Positions 11,889 to 25,700 of a stretch of 64,000 nt of DNA are shown piece by piece (position 1 is the first letter of the stretch; each line of letters begins with the position of its first letter). This DNA is from Somniosus microcephalus. Taxonomy: Eukaryota. The notes beneath the pieces were generated by a model. That model was not told the DNA's origin. It searched no databases and was given only the letters and a program-made list of their open reading frames with translations. The position numbers and the translations under genes are program-made. The DNA lies in contig CM126209.1 in the NCBI GenBank assembly GCA_052327205.1, positions 148,490,001 to 148,554,000 on the forward strand, read 5' to 3'.

Positions 11889-14582
11889 GGCGACTGTAAC
11901 CACCCACCCACACCTAAACCCATCTGCTCTTCAATGTTAAAATTTCCCCCAAACTGTCCCTCCATATGTAAATGTTGTTGTAATAACAAATGTTGGGGGT
12001 CAACAGCTCTTATCTATTGTTTAGTTTACAGAAATAAATCTAATAGTCTGGAATGGCCTGTCCAATTCACCCTGGCACTGGTAGCATGTACATCTGATCC
12101 CCAGTAAAAAAAAAACTGTCATTTATATGATTCCTTAACATATCATCAGGACATCTCAAAGTGCTCTACAACCAGTGAGTTAACTTTGAATTGCAGTCAC
12201 TGTGGTATAAGCATATGTGTCAGCCAATTTGCACACAGCAAGGACCCACAAATAGCAAAGATAATTTTTTTCAGTGCTTTTGGTTTTGGTGGTCTAATAG
12301 GGGTGGGGGTAACCATTTTCTTGATAATTTTTATGTCCATTCCTAAATGTCTACTGGGAAAAGGATAAGGCCTCATGATATTAGTTGTCAATCTGATCAC
12401 TGGCAAGGTCATTTTGGTTCTGGGTTGTCTCCATCCAATTGCTGATAGAGCATTTGTGTAGGGTATAGGTGACCACCTGATAGTGATGTCTCTGATCCCT
12501 AATTCTGTATTTAAAGGCTAGAGCTAGCCTCGTAGTGTGACCATCTGCACCCTGCTTGTTTAGTGCTGTGAGAGATAGGCAGTGGTGTGTCAATCTGATC
12601 TGATTCCTTGTTGTGTAGCAGAGAAAGGGTAGGTGCCTTTAAAGGAATAATATTTCCATACTTGGCATCTACTTATGTAACGCAGAATGAGAACTATTAT
12701 TAACCCATGCTCTAACTTTATGAAGTGATATCACATACATTGAGGATCATGGGTTAAACACTGCTGCCATTTTTAGTTGATTCCTGAAGTTTTAGCATTT
12801 AGACTTTAGCTTTGTGTTCAACTTTAGAGGATCCATATTTTATTGCCTTCAAAACAAGATCTGAATATGCAATATGAATTGGCATAGGCATTATACAATT
12901 ATGGAGCCACACATGATATAGCAGCATACATCTGCTGAGAGACTATTTATTCCTTTGTGCTGCATGTCATTTTAATACGACATTCTCTAGCAATGAACAA
13001 GAAGAAGCATATAAGAGCAGTCAGTAATCTGGCAGGACAATTTCACATGCTCATTAACTATACACTGGTTATTACAAATACAGGATCATAATACTGTGTA
13101 GTCAAATAAAGTGTGTGTTTCTTGGAACAGGAAATGTATCTATATTTCTGCAGTATCCTAGTACAGCATTGTTCCTGTTGTCTCACACTACATTCACATT
13201 CCACAAGTTTAGTGTCAGTGTGATGTTGAAAATTAGGACTAAACTTGGAGTGTGGGTCAGGTGTTAAAAACTGACTCTAAAGTGTAGCAGAGAGAGATTA
13301 CTTTCTTCAAGGAGTCTAACTCTGCTTTACTCCAGTGCCAAGTCAGGCCCAGACACCGCATTCAAGCTGCATTATAGGAAGAAAATCTGGGTTTTTTTAT
13401 CCGCTGTCAAAGGACATTCGTCATGCTCAAGGAATTTTGTTTAAACCATCTGTAGTGCTCATTGTGACTTGTCAACAGGGGTTTAATTTCTCATCCATAC
13501 CTAACTAGCACAGTACTGTTAGGTATACTCCCAATGCTGAATTCTGGAGTTTCTTTGAATATATTTGCAAAGTAAGAGCTAAATTCTCCAGATTTTTTGC
13601 AGCTTCCACCCCAGCAAATACATCTTTTCTCACCTTTTAATCTGCATTTGTGGTATACGTTTGGGAGTATTCTGCAAACAGTTGCCAGAAACATTTTCAC
13701 ATTGTAACATTATTTGGAAGGCCATTTGAGGGAGGGGATCAACATAATTTGTCAGAATTGGCCAAAGTCCTATTCTAAAGCATGCGCAGCTTCAACTGGA
13801 TCATCACCAGCCTGTGACTGGATATGAAATTCAAGGAAGGAGTTGCCTGACCATATGACAGGTATATTTTTTCCTCAATCTTTTTCCCATCTCATGTAGA
13901 TACTGATTCATGTTGGGATACGGTTTCAGAAGAGCCCACCTCCCACTGGTACTTACCCACATGGGCCTTTTTTTCATGTATGAGCCTGGACAGTGTCTAC
14001 AGGCTGTTCAGTGGTGAACAATCTCACGGCTGAGTCTGATCCTGTCCTCATCTGACGTCCAGACACATGTTCTTGCACAGGTCAGTAAGGACAATTGGCA
14101 CCCTGTGATCTTCCATGTGAGATCTTGAGGCAGTTTTAAAGCATGTCTTCAAGTGGAGTACCTGGCAGAGGCACTCGAAGAAGGAGCATGGCATTGCAAG
14201 GAGGCAGGAAAGAAGACACAATTTTAATGAGACCTATAGACACTCCTGGATAACGTGCACCAGGACAAAGACTGCTGGTCTGGTGGGATATGATGTTTGA
14301 GAATGGTTACTGAGTTGAATAAGTTGGAATTTATGTGGGTGTGGTGGGGGTCGGGGGTGTGTGGAAGAAGTAATAACAGTGACGACAAAGGTAGACCATG
14401 TTAAACAGATGAGAAAACTTAATTGATAAGTTGAGCTCTGATGCCCCTTGTAGCTGTCACTGAGGGCTCCTTCCCAGAAAGCTCCATATCCAGGCCTTTT
14501 AGATGGCAGAGTTGCACAGAAGACATCAAATTACAGCTATGTAGGATACACTCATTGGAACATATTACAAAGCTCCTCGTAT

Positions 14583-15618
14583 CATAGAATCATAGAAATT
14601 TACAGCACAGAAGGAGGCCATTTGGCCCATTGTGTCTGTGCTGGCTAAAAAAGAGCTATCCAGCCTAATCCCACATTCCAGCTCTTGGTCCGTAGCCTCG
14701 TAGGTTACAGCACTTCAAGTGCATATCCAAGAACTTTATAAATGCGATGAGGGTTTCTGCCTCTACCACCCTTTCAGGCAGTGAGTTCCAGACACCCACC
14801 ACCCTCTGGGTGAAAACATTTCTCCTCAACTCCCCTCTAATCCTTCTACCAATTACTTTAAATCTATGCCCCTTGGTTATTGACCTCTCTGCTAAGGGAA
14901 ATAGGTCCTTCCTATCCACTCTATCTAGGCCCCTCATAATTTTATACACCTCAATTAAATCTCCCCTCGACCTCCTCTGCTCCAAAGAAAACAACCCCAG
15001 CCTATCCAATCTTTTCTCATAGCTAAAATTCTCCAGTTCTGGCAACATCCTCATAAATCTCCTCTGTACCTTTTCTAGTGTAATCACACCTTTCTTGTAA
15101 TGTGGTGACCAGAACTGTACGCAGTACTCTAGCTGTGGCCTAACTAGTGATTTATACAGGTCTAGCACAATGTCTCTCCTCTTATATTCTATGCCTCGGC
15201 TAATAAAGGAGTGTATCCCGTATGCCTCCTTAGCCGCCTTATCTACCTGCTACCTTCAGGGATCTGTGGACATGAAATCCAAGGTCCCTCTGTTTCTCTA
15301 TGCTTCTCAGTATCCTATCATTTATTGTGTATTCCCTCGCCTTGTTAGCCCTCCCCAAATGCATTACCTTATACTTCTTCGGATTGAATTCCATTTGCCA
15401 CTTTTCTGCCCACCTGACCAGTCCATTGATATCTTCCTGCAGTCTATAGCTTGCCTTCTCACAAAAATTGGCAGTGTGGCTGATAGTATCATCTGCAAAC
15501 TTCTTAATCATGCCCCCTACATTGAAGTCTAAATCATTGATATATACCACAAGAAGTAGAGGATCTAGTACTGAGCCCTGTGGAACCCCACTGGATATAG
15601 CATTCCAGTCACAAAACA
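14583..15618 (-). mobile_element. CR1 LINE 3' part
   Basis: SGVPQGSVL.PLLL..YINDL, KFADDT, LVRPQLEYCVQFWSP and a (TTCTATGA) tail. Confidence 0.9.
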
Positions 15619-15619
15619 T

Positions 15620-16921
15620 CCGTCGACCACTTGATCTATCAAGTAGCAAAAGCTCCCCTTTAAGTCGCCGATAGTTCTCTCTGTGACTACTCTGGAAGAG
15701 GTGTTTGACTCAGTTGCTGTTTTTGCAGATTTTAAAGGGGTCATTATCCATGGTGGCAAGGGGAACACCTTGTTACCCACAAGCCATCCATTCACTTGAC
15801 TATTTTCCTTGAAGAGCTCAGGAAGGGCAGAATTCCTGAGGATGAAGGCATCATAGCAACTTCCAGTAAACCTGGCCATCATGTGAAAGATTCTTTGAAT
15901 GTGGTCACATACAATCTGCGGTTCACCGAGTGGTACCTCCTTTCCATTAAGAAAACCGATGGTAGGAGCTTGCAGTGTTACTTGGGTGCCATCTGTTGCA
16001 CTCTGGAGAATCCAGCAATGTGATGAAACTGTAGGTTTGTATCATGCTGCTGTCTTGCTATCATCCCCAAAATGGATGAATTCCTGCACTTCCCCAAAAG
16101 GTGTGCCAGTTACCTGACAAATGCATTTCCAGACAAGTGATATGACACAGATCCCTGCTGGTTGCTTGAAATGAGCCACTGGCATAAAAATTGCGTGTGG
16201 TTGACACTTTCATAGCCATGGGCAGATGAGCTTGGCTGTAGTAGCTGGCAAAGAACCCCTGTTGCCTCCTTGATGAAGTCCAGTCTTCTCACACAGAGCA
16301 CTTCACTGAGATCTTTATAAGGTCTATGTGGCCTGTAAATTCTTTGGGGCGGGTAATATTTTATAGAATGCATCCTCCCCATATCCGATCTCACTCTCCT
16401 TTCCTCCTTCCTGTATTGTCCCTTGCCCTCCTCCATTAAAATTGCAAACAAAGAAATGCCCATCGGGAATCCCATATCTGGTACTCTGAACATCTCACTG
16501 TGGATGGGCACAAAAATGCCTTGGTGGTTACAAAAATATATTTGTGGTTTTATAGGCCTTCAGGCTGTCTGATGCAAACCCAGCTATATCAAGGTACAAG
16601 GCAGAAAACAGAACACTTTAAAAGCTATTTTGTAACTCCAGGAAACACTTCTCAAAGTTTCTTAAGGCTCCGAATTAAAGCACTTCCACCTGCTGATGCT
16701 GGCAACTGTTAAGCCTCTTTTAACTTTGTTAATTACCCTTGGTGCATTGGGCATACAAGTCATGGGTTGTTGGCCCCAAATCACAATAGAAACTGCCACA
16801 CTGCCATTATAGAGCTTAAACCTTGCGAAAATGGGTTCTGCCCCAGAATCCACCCACAAAATTACAGGTAAAAGTTCTTAAGCTATAACCTTGCTAGAAA
16901 TAGTGAGTAAATTTGGAGCCC
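15620..16921 (-). pseudogene. Decayed Harbinger transposase and left terminus
   Basis: ARFTGSCYDAFILRNS...GWLVGNKVFPLPPWIMTP...ERTIGDLKGSF and an N-terminal YPPQRIYRPH. TIR-like AAATTTGGAGCCC near 16921. Confidence 0.75.
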
Positions 16922-17386
16922 CAGAGTCGCAGAAATACCATATGCCATCATACCCGCCATACCTTTCTATCAATTTTTTCACCAGGTAATCATCCAACTT
17001 GCTCTTGAATTTGATGAAACAGTCAGCGGCTACTGCATCTCTTGGAAGTCCATTTCATACTTTGACTGTGCATTGCATAAATGTGTGCACGCTTCCAGTG
17101 CACCATATTGAGGCCTCAGTAGTCCAAGTAGCGCACGAAAATGAGTACTGCGTGGGCCAATTTCTTGGTCAGAATCTCAGAAGTTTGCTGATAACACAAA
17201 AGTAGGAGATTTGGCAAACAGTGAGGAGAAGTGTAAAAGACTTCAGCAAAACATATAGATAGAGGAATGAGAAGACGCGCGAGATAATACATTCTGGAAG
17301 GAAAAACTAGGAATGGGAGTATATGTTAACTGAGAATACGCGGAAGAGCGTAGAAAAACAGAGAGGCCTAGAGGTTCAAAAACATT

Positions 17387-18031
17387 GGAGGTAATTTTAA
17401 CCCCCATGATTGGGTGGGTGTGGGTCGTATGAGTAGTTAAAATTTAAAAAAATTAAAACCTGACCTCAACCCACTTTGAACCTGCCCGGTTTTAATAGAG
17501 GTGGGACGTGGAGGGGAGGGATGGATGGGTGACCAATCCGCTTTAAGGAGGCTGTGTGCCTCCATATTAACAAGCTTTTTATTTTTAACCCATTTCGGCC
17601 AGGTTTCCTGGGCCTCCGGAAACCTGGCAGGTAAAAGGAGGCGAGAAGGGCTGTATCCATAAGGGAAGTGCCTTTACAGCACTGCTTGTGGATCAGGAGA
17701 AGTAGGAGTGTTTCCCAACGGCCCAACAAGCTTACCCGCTTCCAACTCCGCGATTGCCGACTAACCCCCACCCTGGGATTTTCCCCCTTGACTACCATCT
17801 TGTTTCCCCCCACGCGATCTCTTCCCCCATGATCTCGCACTGCTTCCCTACCTGCTCTCTGCTTGGCTGCAGGCTTTCCTGTCCAGCACGCAGCCAACCT
17901 GTTGCTCAGGTTGCCTGTCCAGCGGGAATCTTGTAGAAAAAATTTAAAAGACGTCCTACAGTTAAAAACTCGTACTTCTGGGTTTCCCGTCCACAACTGC
18001 TCCCCCCGCCCCACTCTGAATGCGTGGCCCC
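17387..18031. mobile_element. Harbinger-type MITE
   Basis: ATT[GGAGGTAATTTTAA...GCGTGGCCCC]ATA within CR1. Similar to 2594-3379. Confidence 0.7.
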
Positions 18032-18238
18032 ATAAATATTGGGGCCATTATTTCCATAAGGTGTGTGTAGATAGATAAAATCACAAAAAAGGCCAACAGC
18101 ATATAAATAGGGGCAAATGTAAAGAAGTAATTATAAATTTGTAGAAAACATTGGTTAGGCCACAGTTAGAGTAATGTGTGTAGCTTTGGGTATCCCATTA
18201 AAGAGAAGACATTAAAGCCATTGAGAGCAGGCAGCATA

Positions 18239-18883
18239 GGGCCAATTTTAACTCTCGGCGGGAAGCTGGTGGGAGTGGACAGCAATCCTGTGCGGGAGTC
18301 TTTGTTGGAGGCATGACAGATTTTAACTGCTGGGCCTCATTGAATGTCACCAGCCAGCTGCTCGCCCATTTCAGGCGGAAAGCGGCAGCTGAATAGGGGA
18401 AGATGAAGATCACCGGCTCAGAGTCTGCCCACTGACACCATGAGAAGGCTGGCAGCAGCAAGTTAAGTCTGATAGAGGGGAGTTGTGAGGATCTCGCGGC
18501 TGGGGAAGGGCCTGGAAGAGCGGAGGCCCAGACTTTGCTAGTGGGGCCCGGCGTAGCACTCCTGCTCCTCCTGGCCCCACTAAAGAAAGTGTTTTTAACT
18601 TACCTTAAAGGGCCTCACTGGCTTCCCAGCAGCTTTACTTGGCGGGGTGGCTGCTCAGCAGTGAGTTAAAATGGCATCGGGATCCCATGCACATTGTGGG
18701 ACACCAATTTGCATTTCTTAATGAGGCTCCCGCCAGAGTCCAGCAGGAGCCTCATCTGCTGCCAAAACCAATGGCATTAAAATGGAGAGTCAGCGTGAAC
18801 GGAACGGGAAATGGAGACGATCAATTTAAACTGCACCTCTCTGCTCCTTTCCCACCGATGGGAGAAGAGTTAAAATTCCCCCA
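18239..18883. mobile_element. Harbinger-type MITE
   Basis: ATA[GGGCCAATTTTAACTCT...AGAGTTAAAATTCCCCCA]ATA. Confidence 0.75.
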
Positions 18884-20904
18884 ATAGTTTCCCCAGGATG
18901 ATGCCAGGGATAGAAAACTATAGTACTGACAAGAGACTTGAGATACTGTAATTATGGCCACTGAAGCAGCGAAGGCTTAGTGGAGATTTAATTACTTTCT
19001 TTTATAAATTATGAAGGGTTTTGATGGAATGAACAGGGGAAAGCTGTTTCCTTTTCGGGATGTGGGTGGTCATCAATTTAAATCTAAGAGAATGAGGTGT
19101 GAAGTTAGGAGGACTTTTTTTTATGCAGAGGGTTGTTGGAGCACAGGGCATTTTGCCACAGGGAATGGTTGAGGCAGTGACCATTGCATCTTTTGAAAGG
19201 AAAATTGGATAAATATTTGGGGGAAATTTTAACTCTCCCTGCGCGGCTCCATTCCTACCGATTTCCAATTCCTACAAGTCCATAAGGACCAGTATATTTA
19301 GTGTGTGCATTCTTCCTGCCTGCAGTTTGACTCTGTTTTGTAGACTGCAAGTGACCCAAGGGCATCCCCATTATAATTACTGTCAAATCTGTCATTATAC
19401 CTGACCAGGAAACAGCATGGTTGTGGGACAATCTAACCTTTTAAACAACTGATTTAAAAAGTACCCTCAGGAGGGTTTCAGATATATAATGCGGCTATTT
19501 ATTTATTAAAAAGAGGAATGTTACACCTTTAATGGTACACTGATATAATTGTGTCCTTCTAACTTGTTCCACATAAAATTGCTGAGCCTACAAATTCAAT
19601 ATTGCGGGCAGGTAGCGTGCACACATTTCCGGCTGGAATTGCACCACCCGCCATATTGGGTGAGGACAAAAAATATGCATACTTTACCCATGCCTGAAGC
19701 AGGCGTTAGGCCCTTTGCATGTGCAAATAAGGTTTAGACCAAGTAAGCAGATAAGCTTATTGTGGGTAAATGTAAGGTAATATATATAGGTATAGAAATC
19801 AGTAAAAATGTATAACATGAAAGTAGTTTAGTAGTTGGATAGAAAAGGAATTTTTGGGGGGTATGATCATTGATCATGTCATAAAAGTATCTAATTAAAA
19901 TGAGTCAGTTATTAAAAAGGAAAACAAGTTACTGAGATGCACCAGAACGGCGTTAGATCAGTGTGGGGGTGGGGGTTAGTCCTACATGTGGGTTCTTTTC
20001 TTGTTCCAAGCTTTCTTGTGAAAATAGCCAATTCATATGCATTTGCTGAACAATGTAATCATGGACAAGCAGCTGGAGTTTATTCTGTTTGATAATATTT
20101 TACTGAGGCACACAATGAATTCAAGTTCAACCCTTTGAGAAGCATTTTTCACCAACAGCAGAAATGCAACAAAATTGGAATTTATCTTGTTTATTCCAAT
20201 AATATTTTAAATTAGGAACTGCTTTTGAGCCATATTGTGTATAGATGTGCTGCACTGTGAAGTGACTGATTTCCAGCTGCGATTTCTTTGATGTAATGAA
20301 TCTTAGTTGTATTATCGGACAGAGCTGCTAAGTAAAATCATTGCACATCCCCAACTAAGAGAGCGAGAGGTGGTGGGTGAGTCAACCTAAGTGGCCCTTA
20401 GTACAACCAGTCGTTGGTTGCATAACAACATTAATGCTCGCAGATTACATACTCATTTTGTTGGGACCCAAGTGCATGGTTTACATTTCTATAAATCTTT
20501 TTCATAATATTGATTTTCAAAAACAAACAAAAAGAAAATCTGTTTTAAGAAAGGTATGAAAAAAGTGCATACTTAAGTGCAAATAAAAACAGTGGCCTGA
20601 CCCTTATGATATTTCATTGTATCTGAATATTAAATTAATTGTATAATAAAGCATTAAAACTATTACATTACATACACTAACATTTAGCAGAACCTGAAGA
20701 GATGTTTTATTTCAAACTAGCTAACTGCTTTTAACATTCTAACACATCCATATATTTCATTAAAGGCAAAAACCAAGTCTGAAATACTGATATGTTGTCA
20801 TAATAAATCATTCTTTCCGTGGCATTTTGAAATCCACCCATAGTTGAAATCATAGGGCATTTTATCCTAGTTTAATTAAAGTTAATTAAATGGTAAATAT
20901 ACCT

Positions 20905-21238
20905 CAGTATGCAAAATGTTTCCACTTGTGGAGAGACAAAAACTAGGGGCCATAAATATAAGATATAGTCACTAATAAATCCAATAGGGAATTCAGGAGA
21001 AACCTCTTTACCCAGAGAGTGATTAGAATGTGGTACTTGCTACCACAAGGAATAGTTGATGCAAATAGCATAGATGCAATTAAGGGGATGTTAGATAAAC
21101 ACATGAGGTAGAAAGGAATAGGATATGCTGATGGAGTTAGATGAAGAGGGGTGGGAGGAGGCTTGTGTGGCGCATAAACACCAGCATGGACCAGTTGGGC
21201 TGAATGACCTGTTTCAGTGCTGTACATTCTGTGTAATA
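20905..21238 (+). mobile_element. CR1 LINE 3' end
   Basis: Same family as 5165-5483. Confidence 0.8.
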
Positions 21239-21281
21239 CTATCTTTGACTAATTTCATTTATAGATACAACACAATTATTT

Positions 21282-22945
21282 ACATAGGATTACAGAGGAT
21301 ATACGGCACAGAAACAGGCCATTCGGCCCAACCAGCCCATGCTGGCATTTATGCTCCACTCAAGCCTCCTCCCGTCTTTCCTCATCTAAATCTATCAGCA
21401 TAACCCTCTATTCCCTTCTCCCTCATATGCTTGTCTAGCCTCCCCTTAAATGCATCTATACTATTTGCTTCAACACTCCCTGTGGTAGTGAGTTCCACAT
21501 TCTCACCACTCTTTGGGTAAAGAAGTTTCTCCTGAATTCCCTATTGGATTTCTTGGTGACTATCTTATATTGATGGCCTCTATTATGCTCTTCCCCACAA
21601 GTGGAAACATTCTCTCTGTATCCACTCTATCAAAACCCTTCATAATTTTAAACTCTATTAGGTCACCCCTCAGCCTTTTTTCAAGAGAAAAGAGACCCAG
21701 CCTGTTCATCCTTTCCTGATATGTAGACCCTCGCATTTCTGGTATCATCCTTGTAAATCTTCTCTGCACCCTCTCCAGTGCCTCTAAATCCTTTTTATAA
21801 TATGGCGACTAGAACTGTACGCAGTACTCTTAAGTGTGGTCTAACCAAGGTTCAATACATAACTTCCCTACTTTTCAATTCTATCCCTCTAGAAATAAAC
21901 CTTAGTGCTTGGTTTGCTTTTTTTATGGCCTTGCTAACCTGTGTCGCAACTTTTGGTGATTTGTGTATTTGTACTCCGAGATCCCTTTGTTCCTCTACCC
22001 CACCTAGACTCACACCCTCCAAGTGATAAGTGACCTCCCTATTCTTCCTACCAAAATGTAATACCTCACATTTATCTGTGTTGAACTTCATTTGCCAATT
22101 ATATGCCCATCCTGCAAGTTTATTAATGTCCTCCTGTAACCTGTTACAGTCCTCCTCAGTATTGACTATCCCCTCCAATTTGGTGTCATCCGCAAATTTA
22201 GAAATTTTGTTTTTGATTCCAAAGTCTAAATCATTAATATAAATTGTGAACAGTAGTGGTCCCAGCACTGATCCTTGTGGAACACTACTACCCATCTTCT
22301 GCCACTGTAAATAGCTACCTTTTACCCCTGCTCTCTGCTTTCTGTCTTGAAGCCAGCTAGCTATCCATTCTGCTACTTGTGCCCTGACTCTGCATTCTCT
22401 GACCATGTTCATCAGTCTATTATGGGGTACCTTATTGAAGGCCTTTTGAAAATCTAGATAAATTGCATCTACTGCATTACCATTGTCTACTCTCTCTGTT
22501 ACCTCTTCAAAAAATTCAATCAGGTTGGTCAAGCAAGACTTTCCATTTTGAAATCCATGCTGACTATTCCTTGTTATATTTTTGGTTTCTAGATGTTCTT
22601 CTATTTTCTCCTTTAGTAGGGATTCCATTACTTTTCCTCCCACCGATGTTAAGCTGACTGGTCTATAATTCCCTGGACATGTTCTATCCCCCTTCTTGAA
22701 TATAGGTATTACGTTAGCTCTCCACCAGTCTTCTGGCACTACACCTTTTCTCTAAAGAATTATTAAATATGTTTATCCCTTCCTTATATTCTTCCCTATA
22801 TTCTGTTAAAATGTGTGGATGCAATCCATCCGGACCAGACGTTTTATCCTCTTTGAGTTTGATTAGTTTATTTAATATATCCCCTCTTTTTATTTTAAAT
22901 GCACTTATCTTATTACTCATATCATCATCCAATGTCATGTCCACC
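21282..22945 (-). mobile_element. CR1 LINE ORF2 (RT) plus 3' end
   Basis: 295-aa ORF NYRPVSLTS...QHGF...LDFQKAF...PQGSVLGPLLF...FADDTK, and an upstream KTSGPDGLHP. Confidence 0.92.
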
Positions 22946-23308
22946 TGTTCTATTAATATTAATATTCCGAGATACAATATGCATAATTCGACTGCTGAGC
23001 ATATTTTTTTCATTTTAGAAATGAAAACTATAGTGCAACATGGTTTTTATGATTTTCACTAATGGCTATCCTGAACCAAGATCTTACTTACTGTAAGTGT
23101 ATTGGTTCTTCACAATATCAGCAGTTTATATATTATTTTATTGTACAATACCCTTAAATTTGTCGATTTAGTGATCTATTTGGGTGTTTATAACTGTGAT
23201 GATGTATAATATATATTTGTGCTTACCTTCACTCGTGAAGTATTGCAGTCTGGAAGTATACAATACTTGAAGTGTTTTGTCATCTTAGTTTCTCTTTTTC
23301 TGTTATAG

Positions 23309-23509
23309 CTGTTCCTTTCCCACTAAGCCATCGACTGACCATGAAGGAAGTATTTGATTGTGATGGCAAGCCACGTGTTGATCATTTGAAGGCTCATCTC
23401 ACCAAGGAGGGGAGGGTAGAAGAAACTGTAGCACTTCGAATTATTAATGAAGGAGCTTCCATTCTTCGCCAAGAAAAAACAATGTTGGATATAGAAGCTC
23501 CTGTGACAG
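23309..23509 (+). CDS. PPP3CA: Calcineurin A (PP2B catalytic subunit, alpha-like) coding exon 2
   Basis: (A)[66 protein letters not shown]. Polypyrimidine tract with a TAG acceptor ending at 23308 and a GT donor at 23510. 201 bp, phase 1/1. SHRLT, KAHL, GASIL and APVT favour the alpha paralogue over beta or gamma. Confidence 0.93.
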
Positions 23510-23657
23510 GTAGAATTGCATAGATTTATAATTATATTGAGTTATTCTACCAAATAAAAATGCAGATTTTACTTGCAAATATATTAAGTTAAGAAATGAA
23601 CTGTGACTATACATTGCTAGGTCTACTATACAAGCCACATTAGACATTAGCAGAAGA

Positions 23658-23813
23658 CATTGGGAATTTCCTCAGAGCTGCTCCCACTCCGCCACTGTAA
23701 CTTTGCAGAAAGTGCAGCAGAAACTCCAATTACCTGCGTAAACGGGGTTTCTCCTGCATATCCGGCAAAATTCTGACAGTGGAGCAGGAGGAGCTCTGAG
23801 GAAATTCCTGACA
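23658..23813. mobile_element. Short hairpin MITE
   Basis: Perfect 17-bp inverted repeat GGAATTTCCTCAGAGCT (23663-23679 / 23792-23808). Family mates at 25544 and 34240. Confidence 0.8.
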
Positions 23814-24374
23814 CTTGAAATTTAAACTGTAGAATGCATTCTGTTTTCAAAAATTTAAATAAGTTTCTAGAAAGCCATTTACCTCAGAAGAGTTGAGCTC
23901 AAAACTTGATCAAGGAGAATGGTTGGGAGTCATATATCACTGCCAAGTGTTTTCAGGTAATATATAACTATTTCAATGCAGGAGTTTACAAGAAAACTGC
24001 AATTGCACAAATTTAAAATCTGAGAGTTATGGATTGAATAATGCAATGTCTTGTAAAGTAAAAACGTTGGCCTGATGATGGGGCTAAGGCTGCTTCATTG
24101 AGTCAGTTGCAGGATTACCTTGTGATTCCATTTATCCACATTGTACCTCATCATTAGTTCATTTTGTAATTGATCTCGAGTACTGGCAAGTGTCTTGCAT
24201 TTTATTTATCAACTTTTTTTCTTTCATATCATTCTCAAATCAGACTTTTTTATTTGTTTCTAAGAGCAATGTAATTAACATAATTTAGAGAAATGTAAAC
24301 CATACTTTGTAGCCAGCCGAAGGAGTATGCAACTCTGGGTCTCCGAGAAAGGTTTAAGCAATGCGAGAGTGAGC

Positions 24375-24530
24375 AGATTATCTATTTTTAAGTGATGTTT
24401 GTTGAGGAATAAATATTGGCCAGAACACTGGGGAGAACGCCCCTGCTCTTCTTTGAATAGTGCCATGAGATCTTTTACGTCCACCTGAGAGGGCAGACGG
24501 GGCCTGGGTTTAACATCTCATCCGAAATAC
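24375..24530 (-). mobile_element. DeuSINE core fragment
   Basis: Matches 11035-11190. Confidence 0.8.
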
Positions 24531-25543
24531 GGAAATCGCCAGAGGAAGGGCAGAAGATCCTGGCTAGGGAGTTAAAATCTCAAATAAGCCTTGTGATGAT
24601 GCGATCGGTCAAATCTCCCTCAAGCCAAGAGAACTGAATTGTACCAACCACAGCAATGACAAAAACTCTGAGCACTGATGGAAACCATTAGTTGTGTCTT
24701 AATGCAAATGCAGACTCATGCAAGTATATAAACATAACACACATTGCAAATCTGAGAATAGGGCGAGGGGGAAGGAAGGGAAAAATGGGTTGGCGATTCC
24801 AATTCATCCATTTGTAAATTGGGAAAAATATTATGCTTCCAAGTATAAGGATCATTTACATGACTTCCACAAGTGAATGCATTAGATACCAATGTGTCTG
24901 TCAGCGCCACTTTTGTATTGAGATCTCCAAATGTCATTTTTTAAACAAATTGTATCAACCTGGAGGAAGAGACTACTAACAATTGCTGAATACATTGGCA
25001 TATGTTGATAAAACAACCAGAAATATCAGTGATGATATCAACAATTTAATATGCAGTTTATTTTAAATGACAGTGGTTAAAGAGTAAATAGTATTCCAGT
25101 CTTAGCCCATCTCCAAATAGTCCATCCCTCCTATTCCATGTCTTCGTTAGGAGGCTTTGCAGGTCCAACACCCTGATGTTTGCTGCTCATTTCTTCGATC
25201 TGGCTGCCATTCTTTTCACCCTGATTGCCAGCTTCATAAAGTGCTGACATAACCCCTTTAACAGCAGCAGGTTTGATCCTGAACTCTGCTTCTCCTTCTC
25301 CTCCTTTTCCATTGAGATTTCATTGTCAGAAAATGATGTGCAGTGTTCCCAGATTTAGAGCATGTGCTACAAATGGATGAGGCTATGCACCAGAAACAAC
25401 ATTGGAAAATTACCCCTTTTATCTACTCACTGTGACTTAGCTTTCTCTTGGACATCTTTACAAGCAATACATTTCTGGTTGTTTATTTATTTAGTTTGAT
25501 TACAAACAGCTGTTGTTAATTTTGTTCTACTTTTGAAAACAAT

Positions 25544-25700
25544 TGCCAGGAATTTCCTCAGAGCTGTTCCCACTCCGTCGCTGTGACTTCATTGGAATTG
25601 CGATGGAAACCATGGTTACACGCGTAAACGGGGACTTCCACCACACTTCCAACAAAGTTACGGCAGCAGAGCGGGAGCAGCTCCAAGGATATCCCATGGC
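25544..25700. mobile_element. Short hairpin MITE with AAT TSD
   Basis: AAT[TGCCAGGAATTTCCTCAGAGCT...GGATATCCCATGGC]AAT. Confidence 0.75.

Larger units (their letters stand above)
17130..19215 (+). mobile_element. Old CR1 fragment split by MITEs
   Basis: Remnants of FAD.TK, TLVRP.LE.CV and QRVV flank the insertions. Confidence 0.6.

Noticed and set aside
23272-23523. 83-aa single-exon gene
   Set aside because: Only 23309-23509 is calcineurin-like and is bounded by splice sites. The rest is intron read-through.
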